From NCBI GenBank assembly GCA_001938485.1, contig MQRK01227476.1, forward strand, positions 1 through 55,606: a DNA stretch of 55,606 nt, given 5' to 3'. The position numbers and the translations under genes were made by a program. Below are positions 38,701-49,955 of the stretch, piece after piece. The stretch's first letter is position 1. Each line of letters opens with the position of its first letter. Below the pieces are notes generated by a model. That model was not told the origin of the DNA. It saw nothing but the letters and a program-made list of their open reading frames with translations, and searched no databases. The stretch is from Girardia tigrina (taxonomy: Eukaryota).

Positions 38701-41700
38701 TAATCAACTCTGACTGATATCACAATAATAACTCACATTGCTGGAAATCATCGAGTGCATTCTCACAGAAATTCAAGAGGACAACAAAATGTTTCCAGAG
38801 AAACGGTGCAAATTTCAAAACTCGACAGAAACTGTCTTGTAATTCATCACTGAGACTACCGAATTGATTGAACAACAGAGATAGAGGTTGCAGTAGATCT
38901 ACATTAGTCAGACTCGGTAACAACGTGTCGACAGACGGTTTCACAAACAGAGGAATTCTGGACATTATACATTATACTATCAAGCATTATGATACAGTTA
39001 AACAGAGATTAATACCATCTTTAACTAATAATATTTTAAAAATAAAGTCTCATGTGGATGTTTAATTCAAGATACCTATATTGCACTGTTCTTGAACTTT
39101 GTAGATGCTGCGTTACCATTTGAATATTATTGCACTATTATTTTCAGGTTTTAAATAATTCAAACATTTACTTTCTTTTGCATATTTGTTTGGGAATAGT
39201 TTAGACATTTTGAAATCATGCTGACATAAGTATTGATCGCATGTTTATTATATTAGGTTGTTTAAAAAATAATGTCGTTTTTTTAATGGTCCTGATTTTT
39301 GATCATGTTTGGAAATAAATCTTTATCATTTATTTATGGTTTATACATAATTTTAAAGCTTATGAAAACTCTATATTTCTATGATACTTTGTTTAAATAT
39401 TAACTTTAAAATAACGTGTTTATTTCAATAGTTGTCAATATGCAAAAAGCGCAATTACGAGCAAGTTTTTTATATGAATTCAAACTTGACCACAAAGCAT
39501 CGGAGGCCGTCCGTAATATCAACGGTGCATTTGGCGATGGAACCACAAACGAACGTCTGTTAAAACCTTGATTCAAAAAATTACAAGGAGTTGAGACCAT
39601 CAAAGATGATGATGGCCGTGGACGGAAACCTGCTATTGAAAATGAAAATTTGAAGGCTCTAGTAGAAGCAAATCCACACACAACAGTTCGAGAGCTTGCG
39701 GAGGAACTAGGTGTCACGATAGGAACAATTTCAAACCAACTGCGTGACATTGGGAAGTCGCAAAAACTGGATAAATAGATTCCATACGAATTAAATGACA
39801 GTCAAAAAATGCGTCGTTTGAGGCATCGTATTCTCTTCTTCTGCGGAACAAGAACGATCCGTTTCTGGACCGAATTGTAACGTGTGATTAAAAGTGGATT
39901 GTCTTCGACAATCTGAGACGTTAATCCCAATGGTTGGACCACGATCAAGCTCCGCAACCCTTTCCGAGGCCGAAATTGTACCAATAAAAGATGATGGTGA
40001 CTGTTTGGTGGTCTGCAGCTGGTGTTATTCATCATAGATTCCTAAATCCAGGAGAAACAATTACGGCAGAGAGATACTGTCAGGAAATTGTCAAAGTGAA
40101 CCAGAAACTCCAACAACAATAACCAACATTAGTCAATAGGAAGGGGCCTATTCTTCCCTACCACAACGCTCGGCCATACATCGCACGTCTGACAATGCAA
40201 CTGTTAAACGAACTTGGCTACGAAACTTTGAGTCATCCACCATACTCACCTGACCTCTCGCCTATTGATTATCACTTTTTCAAACATCTTGACATTTTCC
40301 TCCAGGAGAAAAACTTCAAAAATCAAGGGGATGCTAAAACTGCCTTTAACGATTTCATCGCCTCCATAAAGCCAGACTTTTATGCAACCAGAATAAATAA
40401 ACTTGTGCAACGTTGGCAAAAGTGTATTGATGCTAACGGTTTCTATGTCGATTAATAAAGTTGATTCTACGCTGAGATATTTGTCCTTAAAGATTAAGGT
40501 TAAAAAACGACATTATTTTTAAGCAACCTAATATAAACAATAGTTTAAGAAAATTAATTTATAATAGAAGTTATAAAATTATGATTAAATAAGAAAGCAG
40601 ATTGGGATTCATATCATGTACATTTATTAACTCGTTTTACACTGGTCACGGGGGCAAAATTATCGACTAGTTAAGAGTAGCATTTTTTAATGTTTCGGTG
40701 CTGTTCAACTGTGAGATCTGTCTGTTTCGAGTAGCTTGGTGTCGATTGCTGATTCGGATAACATAAACCAATGGGAAAATTAGGGAAGAGTGCGCTGCCC
40801 CGGGTCCAGAAAATCAACATTTTTTAATATCTCATGAAAAAGATAATCAATAAACTATAGAAACCGTTTTTGGTTAGTTGTTTTTAAAATGACTGAATGG
40901 GTATATTGTGAATGGCGAGTAAGTAATGTTTTAGTGTTCTTCTATAATGATATATTATTGTTATTGCGTACTTGTTGTTGTCTTCTTGTTGTTTTTTATG
41001 CTTCGAAGATTTAACAGATTCTGGTGGCGGTTGTTGAGTCTCATCAATGAACGGTTCAGAAAAGATCACTGAGAAAAATCGAATCGGAAATAAAATTGAT
41101 AAATACCAAGAAAACGTGTCACCTTGGTTTGAAGATTCTTTATTACGCGGTTTCTGGTCTCTATCAAGTTGATTCCGACCGAACACAGTGTTATGTCCGA
41201 CAATTGCTCTGATAATCTGATCATCTTCGTCTTGTGAATGGATCTCTTCATTCGATTCGAAATCTGTCTCTTCATCGAGATCACTGACTCCGAATCCTCT
41301 AGGATTACCGTCTTCATCAAGCTCGCTGTTGACTGAGTTTTCGTTATAATTGTCTTCATCACTACTAGTGGAATACTGATCATCCCATAATAAGTTATCA
41401 CTTTCCGAAAAATTTAATTCTCCTGGTTACACAAAAATGTTAAATAATAATGTTTTTATCGATTTTGTATAACCTTCACTAAGATCTTCATCATTGTTCG
41501 TGTCATCTGTATCCTGTCGAGCTCTCACTAATCTCTTTGAAAGGGCCATTCGTTTTTTCTTCGGTTTTGTTATTGATTGTTGTGGTTGTGGTTGAGAAAC
41601 AATCGTATTAATCGTGTCGATTTCTTCATTAATCGTTTCCCTTTCTTCACAGCATTCGTACCGTCGAAACATAAGAGAAATTTCAATATTAGCCCCTCGT

Positions 41701-44700
41701 AACTCATCGCGAATTCTCACAAGACATTGATTGAAAACGTGACCGTATAAATTTAACACAAACGAATGTGCTAAATCAAATTTCTGATAAATCGATTTCA
41801 ACTGATCATCGTCAGAATCTTGTGTGAAGTTCTGTCTAATGATTTCCAAACACGAATTGGCGATGAATAACACTTGAGTAACGATTTTCACATTTAAACT
41901 AGATGGTCGAACACCATTGTCGGGAGACGAGGCACTCGACACGAGTTTCCGATCGAATCCGAGTACAAAACTCAGAATATTCAGGACGTCATCACACATA
42001 CCAGCCAACTGTTTCATGTCGTAGCTAAACACATAAAGATTAAATAGAAAAAAAACTATGGGAATTTGGTATTACTGATTCATTTCGTTTGGTGTCGTAA
42101 ATAGATGCCACACATTCAAATATTTAATGATGCACGATTTCACTCGGATTATTCTTAACAATTTTATTATTTTCTTAACCAGTACACTCAATTACTGACT
42201 TCAAACCACTCTTAGAAACATTCGAGCCTGACTTCTTCATCAAGGACTCTCGATCAAGAACGCTTCTCAATCGTTTTACGTTTCTCTCGAATAAAATTAA
42301 TAAATTTTCTTTTGCTTGACAAAAGGAATTTGAACACAACTGAGCTTTCAAATAATAATAGGCTGCATTGAGTCCGTAATAACTCAATGTGTCGAGTGTA
42401 GCTAATTGGTTATAAGCATGTCCAAGTGACGGATTCAGAGACAATACAAAGTTATAGTAGCGAGTGGATAACACTCGCGCATTTGTACATTTGATATCAT
42501 TTTCATAACGATCTGGCATTCATCAATAAATAGATTTAAGCACAATATCATTAAAAATAAATAATAAAAATAATGACTTAATATTGATTAATGAAATCAA
42601 AAGAATTACTAAATAGACATTATTAATAAATAAAAATAACTCAAATAATTGGATCAAAATCCCTTTTTTTGCAAAGGTTGAGAAACAGTATGGAACTGTG
42701 ACCGAAATAATAAATAAATAATAACTGTTTCTCTTATAGTTTTGTAAAGTTGTTATAAAAGTACAACAAAAACCAGAGAGAAATCGAATATGAGAAAGAA
42801 CTAAAGGAAAAAAGAGAAAAGGATGAAATCAAACAATGTTCTCAGGAGTTGATGAAAGATTAAACGAATACGGTTTGAAAAGGATGGAGTGCTCGAAAAA
42901 AACTTTGCAGAGAGGAAACTAAAATGGGAAATAGAATAAAACGAAAGAGAAACGACCCTCGTAAGGGCCACAATTACCCATTGTTTAAAAAATACGAAAC
43001 ATAATTTTTTTTAAAAAAAATATAAAATGAGATTAAAATAAAAGTTGTTTTTTATTTTTTCAAATATTTATTGATTTTTAAAAATTGAGACAAAAAAATA
43101 AATAACATTAAAATCGAAAAGTACAATCTATATACAAGAGATAAAATAAGACGATGAGTTTCAAGATAAAGATCCCATCATCAGGTCAATCTCCACATGT
43201 ATTTTTATCTCAAAACGTCTTCTCGCATCGTCTTATGTTAATCCCTCAAAAAAATATTATATTAAAACGTTATTGAAATTAATCTAAAATTGTAATAATC
43301 TTATTTGAAATTATGAAAACTAATAAGAAAGAATTTCCAATAAGTTTTGATATAATTGATATATTTTAATTATAATACTTTGCAATAGTAATAGTTATTG
43401 TTGTCATTCAAATAATCAATTAATTTATTAAAGTTTTGTAATCTTTTTTCTTTCTAATAAAAAATTCCTAAGCCAATCAAAGTTTATTAATTTCGACGGT
43501 TTAACCGTCATCGTCAGAACAAATGATTTTTCAAACGAAATTTACTTATATAGTGCAGTTAGTGATTATGCAAGCAATACATAATCAGTACATCATTTAA
43601 AAAATTGAGTGCACATTAAAAAATTATTGGGAGAGAATGACATGTGAAGCGTTATATATAAGATCTTTGAATCCTAAAATTAACGTTCAAACTGCATTCT
43701 CTACAACTTTGTTCGGAGTTTTTAAATGATGTACTGATTACCTATTGATTACATAATCATTAACTGCACTATATAAGTAAATTTCGTTTGAAAAATCATT
43801 TGTTCTGACGATGACGGTTAAACTGTCGAAATTAATAAACTTTGATTGGCTTAAGAATTTTTTATTTGATAATTTGCCAATTTTATTTCAATTTTTCTTT
43901 CTATTCATTTTTTTATGAATTTCGTGACTTTTTTGCATTATTATTATTAAAATAAATTTAAACCTTACATTTTAACAGCGACAATTTTCAGTATATAATA
44001 ATTAAATAATTATAAAATTCCAAATTTCCAAAAAAAACATTTTAGAAATGATTAAAAATTATTTTGTTTAATAATGTGGGATTACGTAGTTTTAAAGTAA
44101 GAATAAAAAGAAAAATAATTTATATATTTTCTCGGAGGCTTCTGTATTGTTTATTCGTGTCCAACTTCTGATTCTTCTAGTCATTTCATCACCCATTTCG
44201 GCGTCGCGTAGACAGTGGATAGATTAGGTTGTCCTAAAAGTTCCCGGTCAATAATGAAAATACATTTTTTTCAAATTTCTTTTTGGCATTATTTATTTGA
44301 TATTGATATATATATATATCGATTTATTTAGAGCATTATATGGACGAGATTACAAATCTTGAAATCCGTGTGTTGCTCCGCCACTAATGGAAGAAAGGGT
44401 TGACAACACGAGATACTGCCAAGGCAATTTGCAAAGTTGAAGGTACACAAACGGTCGGAAAAAGTAGGGCAATTGATCAGTTAAAGCGTTTCAATAAAGA
44501 CAACTTTGACTTGAATGACAGTCCTTATTCTGGACGACCAACAAAATTGGATAACGATGACTTGCAAGCAGAGTTGAACATGAAGCCTTCGTCAAGCACT
44601 CACGATTTGGCATTTAAGCTTGCAGTTGGCAAGTCAACCATAAATTGGCATTTGAAGCAGCTCAAGAAAGTGCGTCAAGATCCACACGAACTCACTAAGC

Positions 44701-47700
44701 ACAGGTGATAAAAGAGTCCAAATTTTCCGACAAATGCTACAGAATCCATGAGATGACCGCTTTTGGAAACGAATTGTGACGTCGGACGAGAAGTGGGTCT
44801 ACTAGGTCAACCACAAGCGATGGATTCCACCGTGTCAAGCAACGCTGTCAGTTCCAAAACGAGATCGATTTGGCTTGAAAATCATGTTGTTCGTCTGGTG
44901 GAACTTTGAGAAAGTCTTGCACTTTGAGTTGGTTCAGAAAGGCCAGGTCATCAATGCAGTGCTCTATTGTAAACAGATGGACCGTGTCTACGAGAAGCTC
45001 AAGAAGTACCCTGCCTTAATCAACCGAAAACGTGTACTGCTTCAGCAAGACAATACCAAGCCACATACCGCCAAGAAGACCGCGGACAGGTTCCAAGATT
45101 TGAATGGAATCGAAATCCTGCAGCATACTGCTTACAGCCCTGATTGCACTCCATCCGACTATGGCCTCTTCCGATCCATGCAACACTTCTTGAAAGGCCG
45201 CCGATTCAAAACATTCGATGAAGTTAAACAAGCATGTAAAAAGTTCTTCGATTTCAAGCAGCCGGAATGGTACTTTGACCCGATCCGAAGGCTTGCAGAC
45301 CGTTGGCAGAAAGTAGTCGAAAACGATGGACTGTACTTTGAAGATTAATTGTTGTTTATTTAAAATAAATTCTTGCTCAAAAAAATGTACTTTTCATTCT
45401 TGACCGGGAACTTTTAGGACAACCTAATAAATCATATTACGATAAATGATTTGAGTAAATTCAATTTGTCAAATGGCACTTTTAATAATAAAAAACAATA
45501 AAGCCATTTTAATTTAAAACTTTTATTGGAAAACACGTTTCGCCACTGTAAGAAAGTAAATCGTTGTTGTCTTTATAGTCGGAAGACCATTACGCGACCA
45601 TGTCTTACATCAGAACACTCGAATATGATTGGACAAATAACTTTACATGCTTAAACAAAGTTTGTGAAACTTGATTAACAGTGCTTCGCTAATTATCCTT
45701 TCATAGTTGCAGTCAAAATTACTAATCGAAACCCGAAAATCACTCTCATTTACTCTCCTTTGAGTTCCATGACAGCTCTTAATGTGATCTAAAATAGAGC
45801 TTGTCTACTTGATTGGGTATGTTTCGCAAATCTAGTACGGAGGTGACGATCTGTCTCTCCAATGTACAAGGCTTCGCACTGGTGACATTTATATTGGTAA
45901 ACTAAATTTGCTTCCATACCCAATTGTGTTTTTGATTTATTGGGAAAGTAATTAGAGATTTTGTTAGTGAGAAAAACCAATTTAATTTTAGCGCTTCTGG
46001 AGACCATTTTTCAAAAACTCTTAAAATCCTTTGCTCCTTTAGAGTAATTCTACCGTATTACTGAAGCACTGTTAATTAAGTTTCATAAACATTGTTTAAA
46101 CGTGCAAAGTGATTTGTCCATTCATATTAGAGTATTCTGGTGTAAGGCATGGTGACGTAATGGTCTTCCGACTATAAATACAACACAGAAGTGGCGAAAC
46201 GTGTTTTCAAATATAAATTTTAAATTAAAATGTTTTTATATGATAAGTGATTGAGTTTATTGCAATCAAATCGAGAAAAATGGTCATAAAAATATTCTAT
46301 AAACTTCACAATTTTCAACATTGGCATTGAAAAATTAAAAGACCTCAATCTTCAGACAATTAAATGGTCAAGTGAAACACTAAACCAAAATCAAAATAGA
46401 TAAACCTACAGAGATCACCAATATAAAGCAAACTGTGTTGAATACAACTGAAAGCCCACGATTTCAACTCGGGAGATATATCTTTATCTTTTTCTTCGTC
46501 GCCATCATTCAAAACAAATTGGCTGAAGTGCGGACACATCACTTTTGTTAATCCAAACTCTGTTTGGAGTCGTATGATCAATTTCTGATAATAGCCGATT
46601 GCTCCGAGAATGTGCCGCTGGAACGCCACAAGCAACAGCGGTTCACAATTGATCAAGCTCGGTTTATTCTATTGATAAACGACAAGTTGATGTACGAATA
46701 TTTCAAAGGATACTAAGATTAATTAAAAGAAGCGCAAAATGTTTAAAACTTTTTGAATTCAAATTTAAAGTAAATTAAATACAAGATTAACTTAATTGTT
46801 TGTTTTTAATGACATGTTACCAAAAATATTCAAAAATTGAAGTATAATATTTTTCGTTTACTTAAAACATTTTATCAACTATATAGAGCATTAATTTGAT
46901 AATAATGAACTTTATCGAATTAATGCACCCTAAAAAAGTTCAATTAAGAAAATATTTGTTGTGCTTTAACCATTTTAACAATGTTTCTTTTTGGTGTGAT
47001 TTTCATTGACGAATTAAATTTTCATTGACTTAGGCTCGAAATGATCGAATACAAAGTTCAAGTAAAGAGATATTGGTAATTGTAAGAGTTCCTACTCTTA
47101 GTCTCACAATCAATGAAAATAGATATTGAAAACTATATCAAAAAAATTTTTAATTTATTAGTTTGATCAAATTTTCACATTATCATTTATTAAAAAGCAT
47201 GGAAGGAAAAAACCAAAATATTTCTATTTAATTTAATACATTTGAAACATTTGTGGATAATCGAAAAATGTTTTTTTGCAAAATAATTTTCTTTGATTTA
47301 CTAATTTGATCAAATTTTTACATAATCATTTATTGTCATCGAAAATGAGTAAGTGTACAAAATTTGAAGAAAATTGATTGAGTAAAATGGCTTCAAAAAC
47401 AGGTTTCTAAATTCCATGGATATATATTTTTTTAGAAAGAAATATAATAAAAAGAATGGAAAAAATCAAATGTAACCATCAATTCTACATAAAATTAATG
47501 TGACTATTACTTATTGTTATTTTTAATTTTTCGTGTAGTATTATAATTTATAAGTATATTGTTTCAATTAATATTGTTTAGGAACTCCAATTTGGCCGTT
47601 TTGTCCCAATTCTGAGACCTTAAAAACTGTATTTACTCAAATTTTTACATTATCATGTATTATCATCGAAAATGAGTAATTTTGCAAAGTATATAAATAT

Positions 47701-49114
47701 ATATAAAGCAAGCTAATATAAAGAATGGAAAAAACTGCACATTTTAAATAAATACTTTTAATTCTTAATTTGAAAATGTTTAACAAAGAAGTAAAGTATT
47801 TTTTTCAATTGCCTTAAATTATTCCAATTTTTGTTGTAAAAAATCGCCGTGTGACATTTGTAGAACAGATTGGTATTTTACCAAATTTTATTTCTCTAAA
47901 ATTGTAATTAATTGTAATTTTAATTAAATTTTTTTAATATTTTTCGTTCGATTAAATAAGCAAAAAAAATTTTAAATGAATAATTTTAATTTTTTCTCGT
48001 AAATCCGAATGGGTTCATAAAAAATTAATAACAAAGTCGTATATTTTATTATCTAGCTGAAGATTGATTATTCGTTATGTGTTGTGTAACTCGATAGGAA
48101 TCCCTGCCCTTTCCCTCTAACGTTTCGTAACGTAAACGTGAACTCCTTCTTAGTCCGTTACGTAATTTTTGAATGCTCCAAATAACAATTCTCCACATCA
48201 ATTTCAATATCCATCTCCGAATAATTAGAAACTGTAATACTATTTATCTGTTTTTTATTGTTTCGACTTATCTATAATACAACTTTGTAATTAACATAAC
48301 GTTATTTAATTTGAAATCATATTTTCACTCATAACCAATAACATTAAATGACATATTTCGATATTCTTTGTCTCCACTACAATATCCACCACTGTGAGTA
48401 CCAATCATAATTAAAGTGAATTAATTATAATTTTAATTCCCAATTTAATTTTAAATAAAAAATAATAATAAATTAAACTAAAATAAATTAAATCATTATA
48501 ATTAAATGTAATTATAATTTATATTTTTTCAATTTCCTTAAACTATTCAAATTTGGTTGTAAATAATCGCCGTGTGAAATTTGTAGAACAGATCGATATT
48601 GTACCAAATTTTAATTATCTAAAATTGTACTGATTGATTTTATTTACATATTTTAAACATTTTCCGATCGATTAAATAAACAAAAAATCGCATATTTTAA
48701 TGGAATACTTTTAATTCTTTCTTGAAAATCCGAATGGGTTCATAAAAAATCGATTTCCAAATCGTATCTTCGGCTTTCTGGCCGAATTCCAGTGGTTCCA
48801 AAAATATCAATCGATTTAAACACTCTTTCAATCTGTTTGTTTGTGTTCACAAAAATAAAACGAATTTTGCGACATCAACAACATCACTACTTGTATCGCA
48901 TTGCTTGAATTTCACTCGATGATAAAATCTCTTCGGCGTTTTTTATTTGATAATAATGTACGACTTTTTTCAGAGTTTCTGCCACAACTCTTCGGTTTCA
49001 GATATTGAAAAATTCGATATCAATTGAAAGAAAATTTTACCTGATCAATGTTTTTTCTTTGACACTTGCATTCTGTCGAATTCTGATTTTTAATCCTTGA
49101 GATTTTTGATCCAT
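23735..49114 (-). CDS. SMG5: SMG5-like nonsense-mediated decay factor (EST1/14-3-3-like TPR region plus C-terminal PIN). Exons about 49114-49041, 48989-48891, 48832-48709, 46668-46410, 42512-42200, 42153-42076, 42024-41474, 41422-41123, 41068-40972, unresolved exon(s) between 40970 and 39000, 38957-38737, 38664-38327, 30931-30676, 30628-30538, 23957-about 23740; last exon uncertain
   Basis: Phase-compatible GT-AG exons give peptides collinear with animal SMG5: LKECLNRLIFLEPLEFGQKAEDTIWKSIFYEPI; QRHILGAIGYYQKLI; SLLYIGDLYRYEND; PSLGHAYNQLATL..AAYYYLK..AKENLLILFERN; acidic linker; LWKHFVVLLNF; KLPED; REKMMREMARLRLKNEL; YMIPDVEFICTRLDVIKLLVRSERYIFVIPRAVLQRLDRIK...GARQATKYLEGE; LVVTILT. Confidence 0.9.
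24290..24670 (+). mobile_element. Non-LTR retrotransposon (RTE-like) reverse transcriptase fragment
   Basis: SDWFKSSVGVRQDCMLPQTLFNLF...GISFGGTRVTNLRFADDVDII (RQGC.LSP.LFN and FADD motifs). Confidence 0.85.
24690..25060 (-). mobile_element. mariner remnant
   Basis: The minus strand reads VPNDLNERQMMPRILVCDHLIKKNQ*EQFL*KIITGDEKWILYNNV. Confidence 0.75.
25370..26309 (+). mobile_element. Decayed mariner with right terminus
   Basis: VPRFLT, NTVDETQLYLYVPESKRESQEW, MLTVFWDANGII, HNNAPIH and YSLVLAPSNFFLF motifs. Ends CTACTTATTGAGTGCACCACG-TA. Confidence 0.85.
27326..28673 (+). mobile_element. Near full-length mariner (DD34D, irritans-like TIR) with a frameshifted transposase
   Basis: 30-bp TIR CGAGGGGTGTCCCAAAAGTTC(A/G)CGGACTGA with 1 mismatch and TA on both sides; 1348 bp. 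Motifs RSGRP, WVPRLL, VTVDETW, QDNARPH and HPPYSPDLAPSDY are split across three frames. Confidence 0.95.
28752..29275 (-). mobile_element. Penelope-like retroelement 3' fragment (GIY-YIG endonuclease plus pLTR)
   Basis: Minus strand: LIYQYTCNGCNAT*IGETSRHLCKIIQEH...IAGH...C...FKILC...ERVTCEASHIRSLDPKINVQ, followed by a repeat also present at 43456-43866. Confidence 0.9.
28767..28806 (-). ncRNA. Minimal type I hammerhead ribozyme motif (Penelope pLTR)
   Basis: CUGACGA-U-GACGG(UUAAA)CCGUC-GAAA-UUAA-UA; the 3' arm of stem I is partly degenerate in this copy. Confidence 0.7.
32991..34266 (-). mobile_element. Tc1-family transposon, decayed
   Basis: Imperfect TIRs (CAACGGGCGGTTTTTAATTGCAT / ATGCAATTAAAACCGCCACCATTG) with TA on both sides. 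HTH ORF from 34091; motifs VFIDETR, MIWGCISSRGPG and NSPDMNLIETVWNLLK. Confidence 0.9.
34790..35010 (+). mobile_element. Tc1/mariner-superfamily catalytic fragment from a different family than the enclosing mariner
   Basis: IYISECLTKRLLHYLNEKY...IFWPYLASCHYAKASLKCLEENKIPFVKKDLNP resembles FWPDLASCHY-type transposases. Confidence 0.65.
36352..36925 (+). mobile_element. LTR retrotransposon gag-like fragment; its leader and N-terminus are duplicated at about 35750-36005
   Basis: MATIASSSEQLISRLIPDKFRRQDNVETFISACA*YFKVAK...FERSGESVEEFFVKAKKLAAKL (ESV.EF..R...LA gag motif). TGATCAAGAACCCAACAT occurs three times (about 35904, 36336, 36949). Confidence 0.7.
39253..40531 (+). mobile_element. Full-length mariner (cecropia/Hsmar1-like), pseudogenised transposase 39440-40455
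   Basis: TIRs TTAGGTTGTTTAAAAAATAATGTCGTTTTTT / AAAAAACGACATTATTTTTAAGCAACCTAA, TA-flanked; 1279 bp. MQKAQLRASFLYEFKL..., FLDRIVTCD*KW, HPPYSPDLSPIDYHFFKHL. Confidence 0.95.
43482..43520 (-). ncRNA. Minimal type I hammerhead ribozyme motif
   Basis: GUU-CUGACGA-U-GACGG(UUAAA)CCGUC-GAAA-UUAA-UA-AAC: intact core, 5-bp stem II, palindromic stem III loop, short stem I. Confidence 0.75.
43802..43840 (+). ncRNA. Minimal type I hammerhead ribozyme motif
   Basis: GUU-CUGACGA-U-GACGG(UUAAA)CUGUC-GAAA-UUAA-UA-AAC; one G-C to G-U change in stem II. Confidence 0.75.
44224..45427 (+). mobile_element. Full-length mariner, pseudogenised transposase 44340-45348
   Basis: 28-bp TIR TTAGGTTGTCCTAAAAGTTCCCGGTCAA at both ends; right flank TA, left flank GA. 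Motifs RIVTSDEKW, QQDNTKPH, YSPDCTPSDYGLFRSM. Confidence 0.95.
45505..46232 (-). mobile_element. Second Penelope-like family: GIY-YIG fragment with inverted terminal copy
   Basis: LVYQYKCHQCEALYIGETDRHLRTRFAKH (46007-45789). About 45505-45695 is the diverged reverse complement of about 46055-46232. Confidence 0.85.
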
Positions 49115-49955
49115 CAAATTTACTTTTTTTTTGATTATTTAATTTTAAAATGTTGCGATTGTAAATATTAAAACAAAGGTTACGAATAATATACATGAGT
49201 TTTAATTAATTTGTAAATATCGAAAAACTTATACAACGTTTTCAAATCATTAGTATCCTTTTTAATGTTAGGGAATGTAAATGTTTACTACTTAAAATTT
49301 TTTTTTTATTTTCAATTGAATTTTTCTTAAATTTTATTTTATGGATTAGCAAATTTTATTTTGATTTAAAGCAAATTTGTCATTAAACGTGTCGGGTATA
49401 TTCAGAACGAATGTACTCGTTACAAGGAATATTAATGAAAGTTGTGTTTTCAAATATTTATTATTAATTTAAAGTTGACCTTTATTGCCATAACTAAAGA
49501 TTTATTTTCTCTTCTTGTTAATTGAAAATAGTAAAGCGTCAGAAATATTCATTAAAAATATTTATAAAAAAGAACAGACTACCAAATGAATATTTAAACT
49601 AAATAATCTCATTTTCTAACTTTCGCCTCCTCATCGTTTTTTGAATGAATACATTGTTTTAGTTATTCAATTCGTTGAGGCTTTAATTTATTACCAATTT
49701 TTAACACTTAATTGTGAGAAGTTAGAAACGTTACAATCTGTCATTGTCCTTTGTATCTCATTTCCTCTTTCCCCGATTTGTATCGATCAACCTTCAATGA
49801 CATTTCCTCCTCCAATTTGAAAACTTGTCGACTCCATTTTGATAATCTTGTATTTGCAATCGTTTAAGAGTCACACTTGTATTTTCTTCTGTCGCTATTC
49901 TTAATCGGTAATGATCGATTATCTTAAACATCCAGTATGCCCCCAATTTATATCC

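Larger units (their letters stand above)
43456..43866. mobile_element. Penelope-like 3' fragment (+) with an inverted pLTR copy, forming a ~410-bp imperfect palindrome
   Basis: Arms about 43456-43603 and 43720-43866 are reverse complements. The centre encodes KNYWERMTCEALYIRSLNPKINVQTAFSTTLFGVFK*, the same family as 28752-29275. Confidence 0.9.

Noticed and set aside
45530-45550. Hammerhead ribozyme in the second Penelope family (also near 46195)
   Set aside because: Only the GCGAAAC half remains; no CUGANGA box is visible in either copy.
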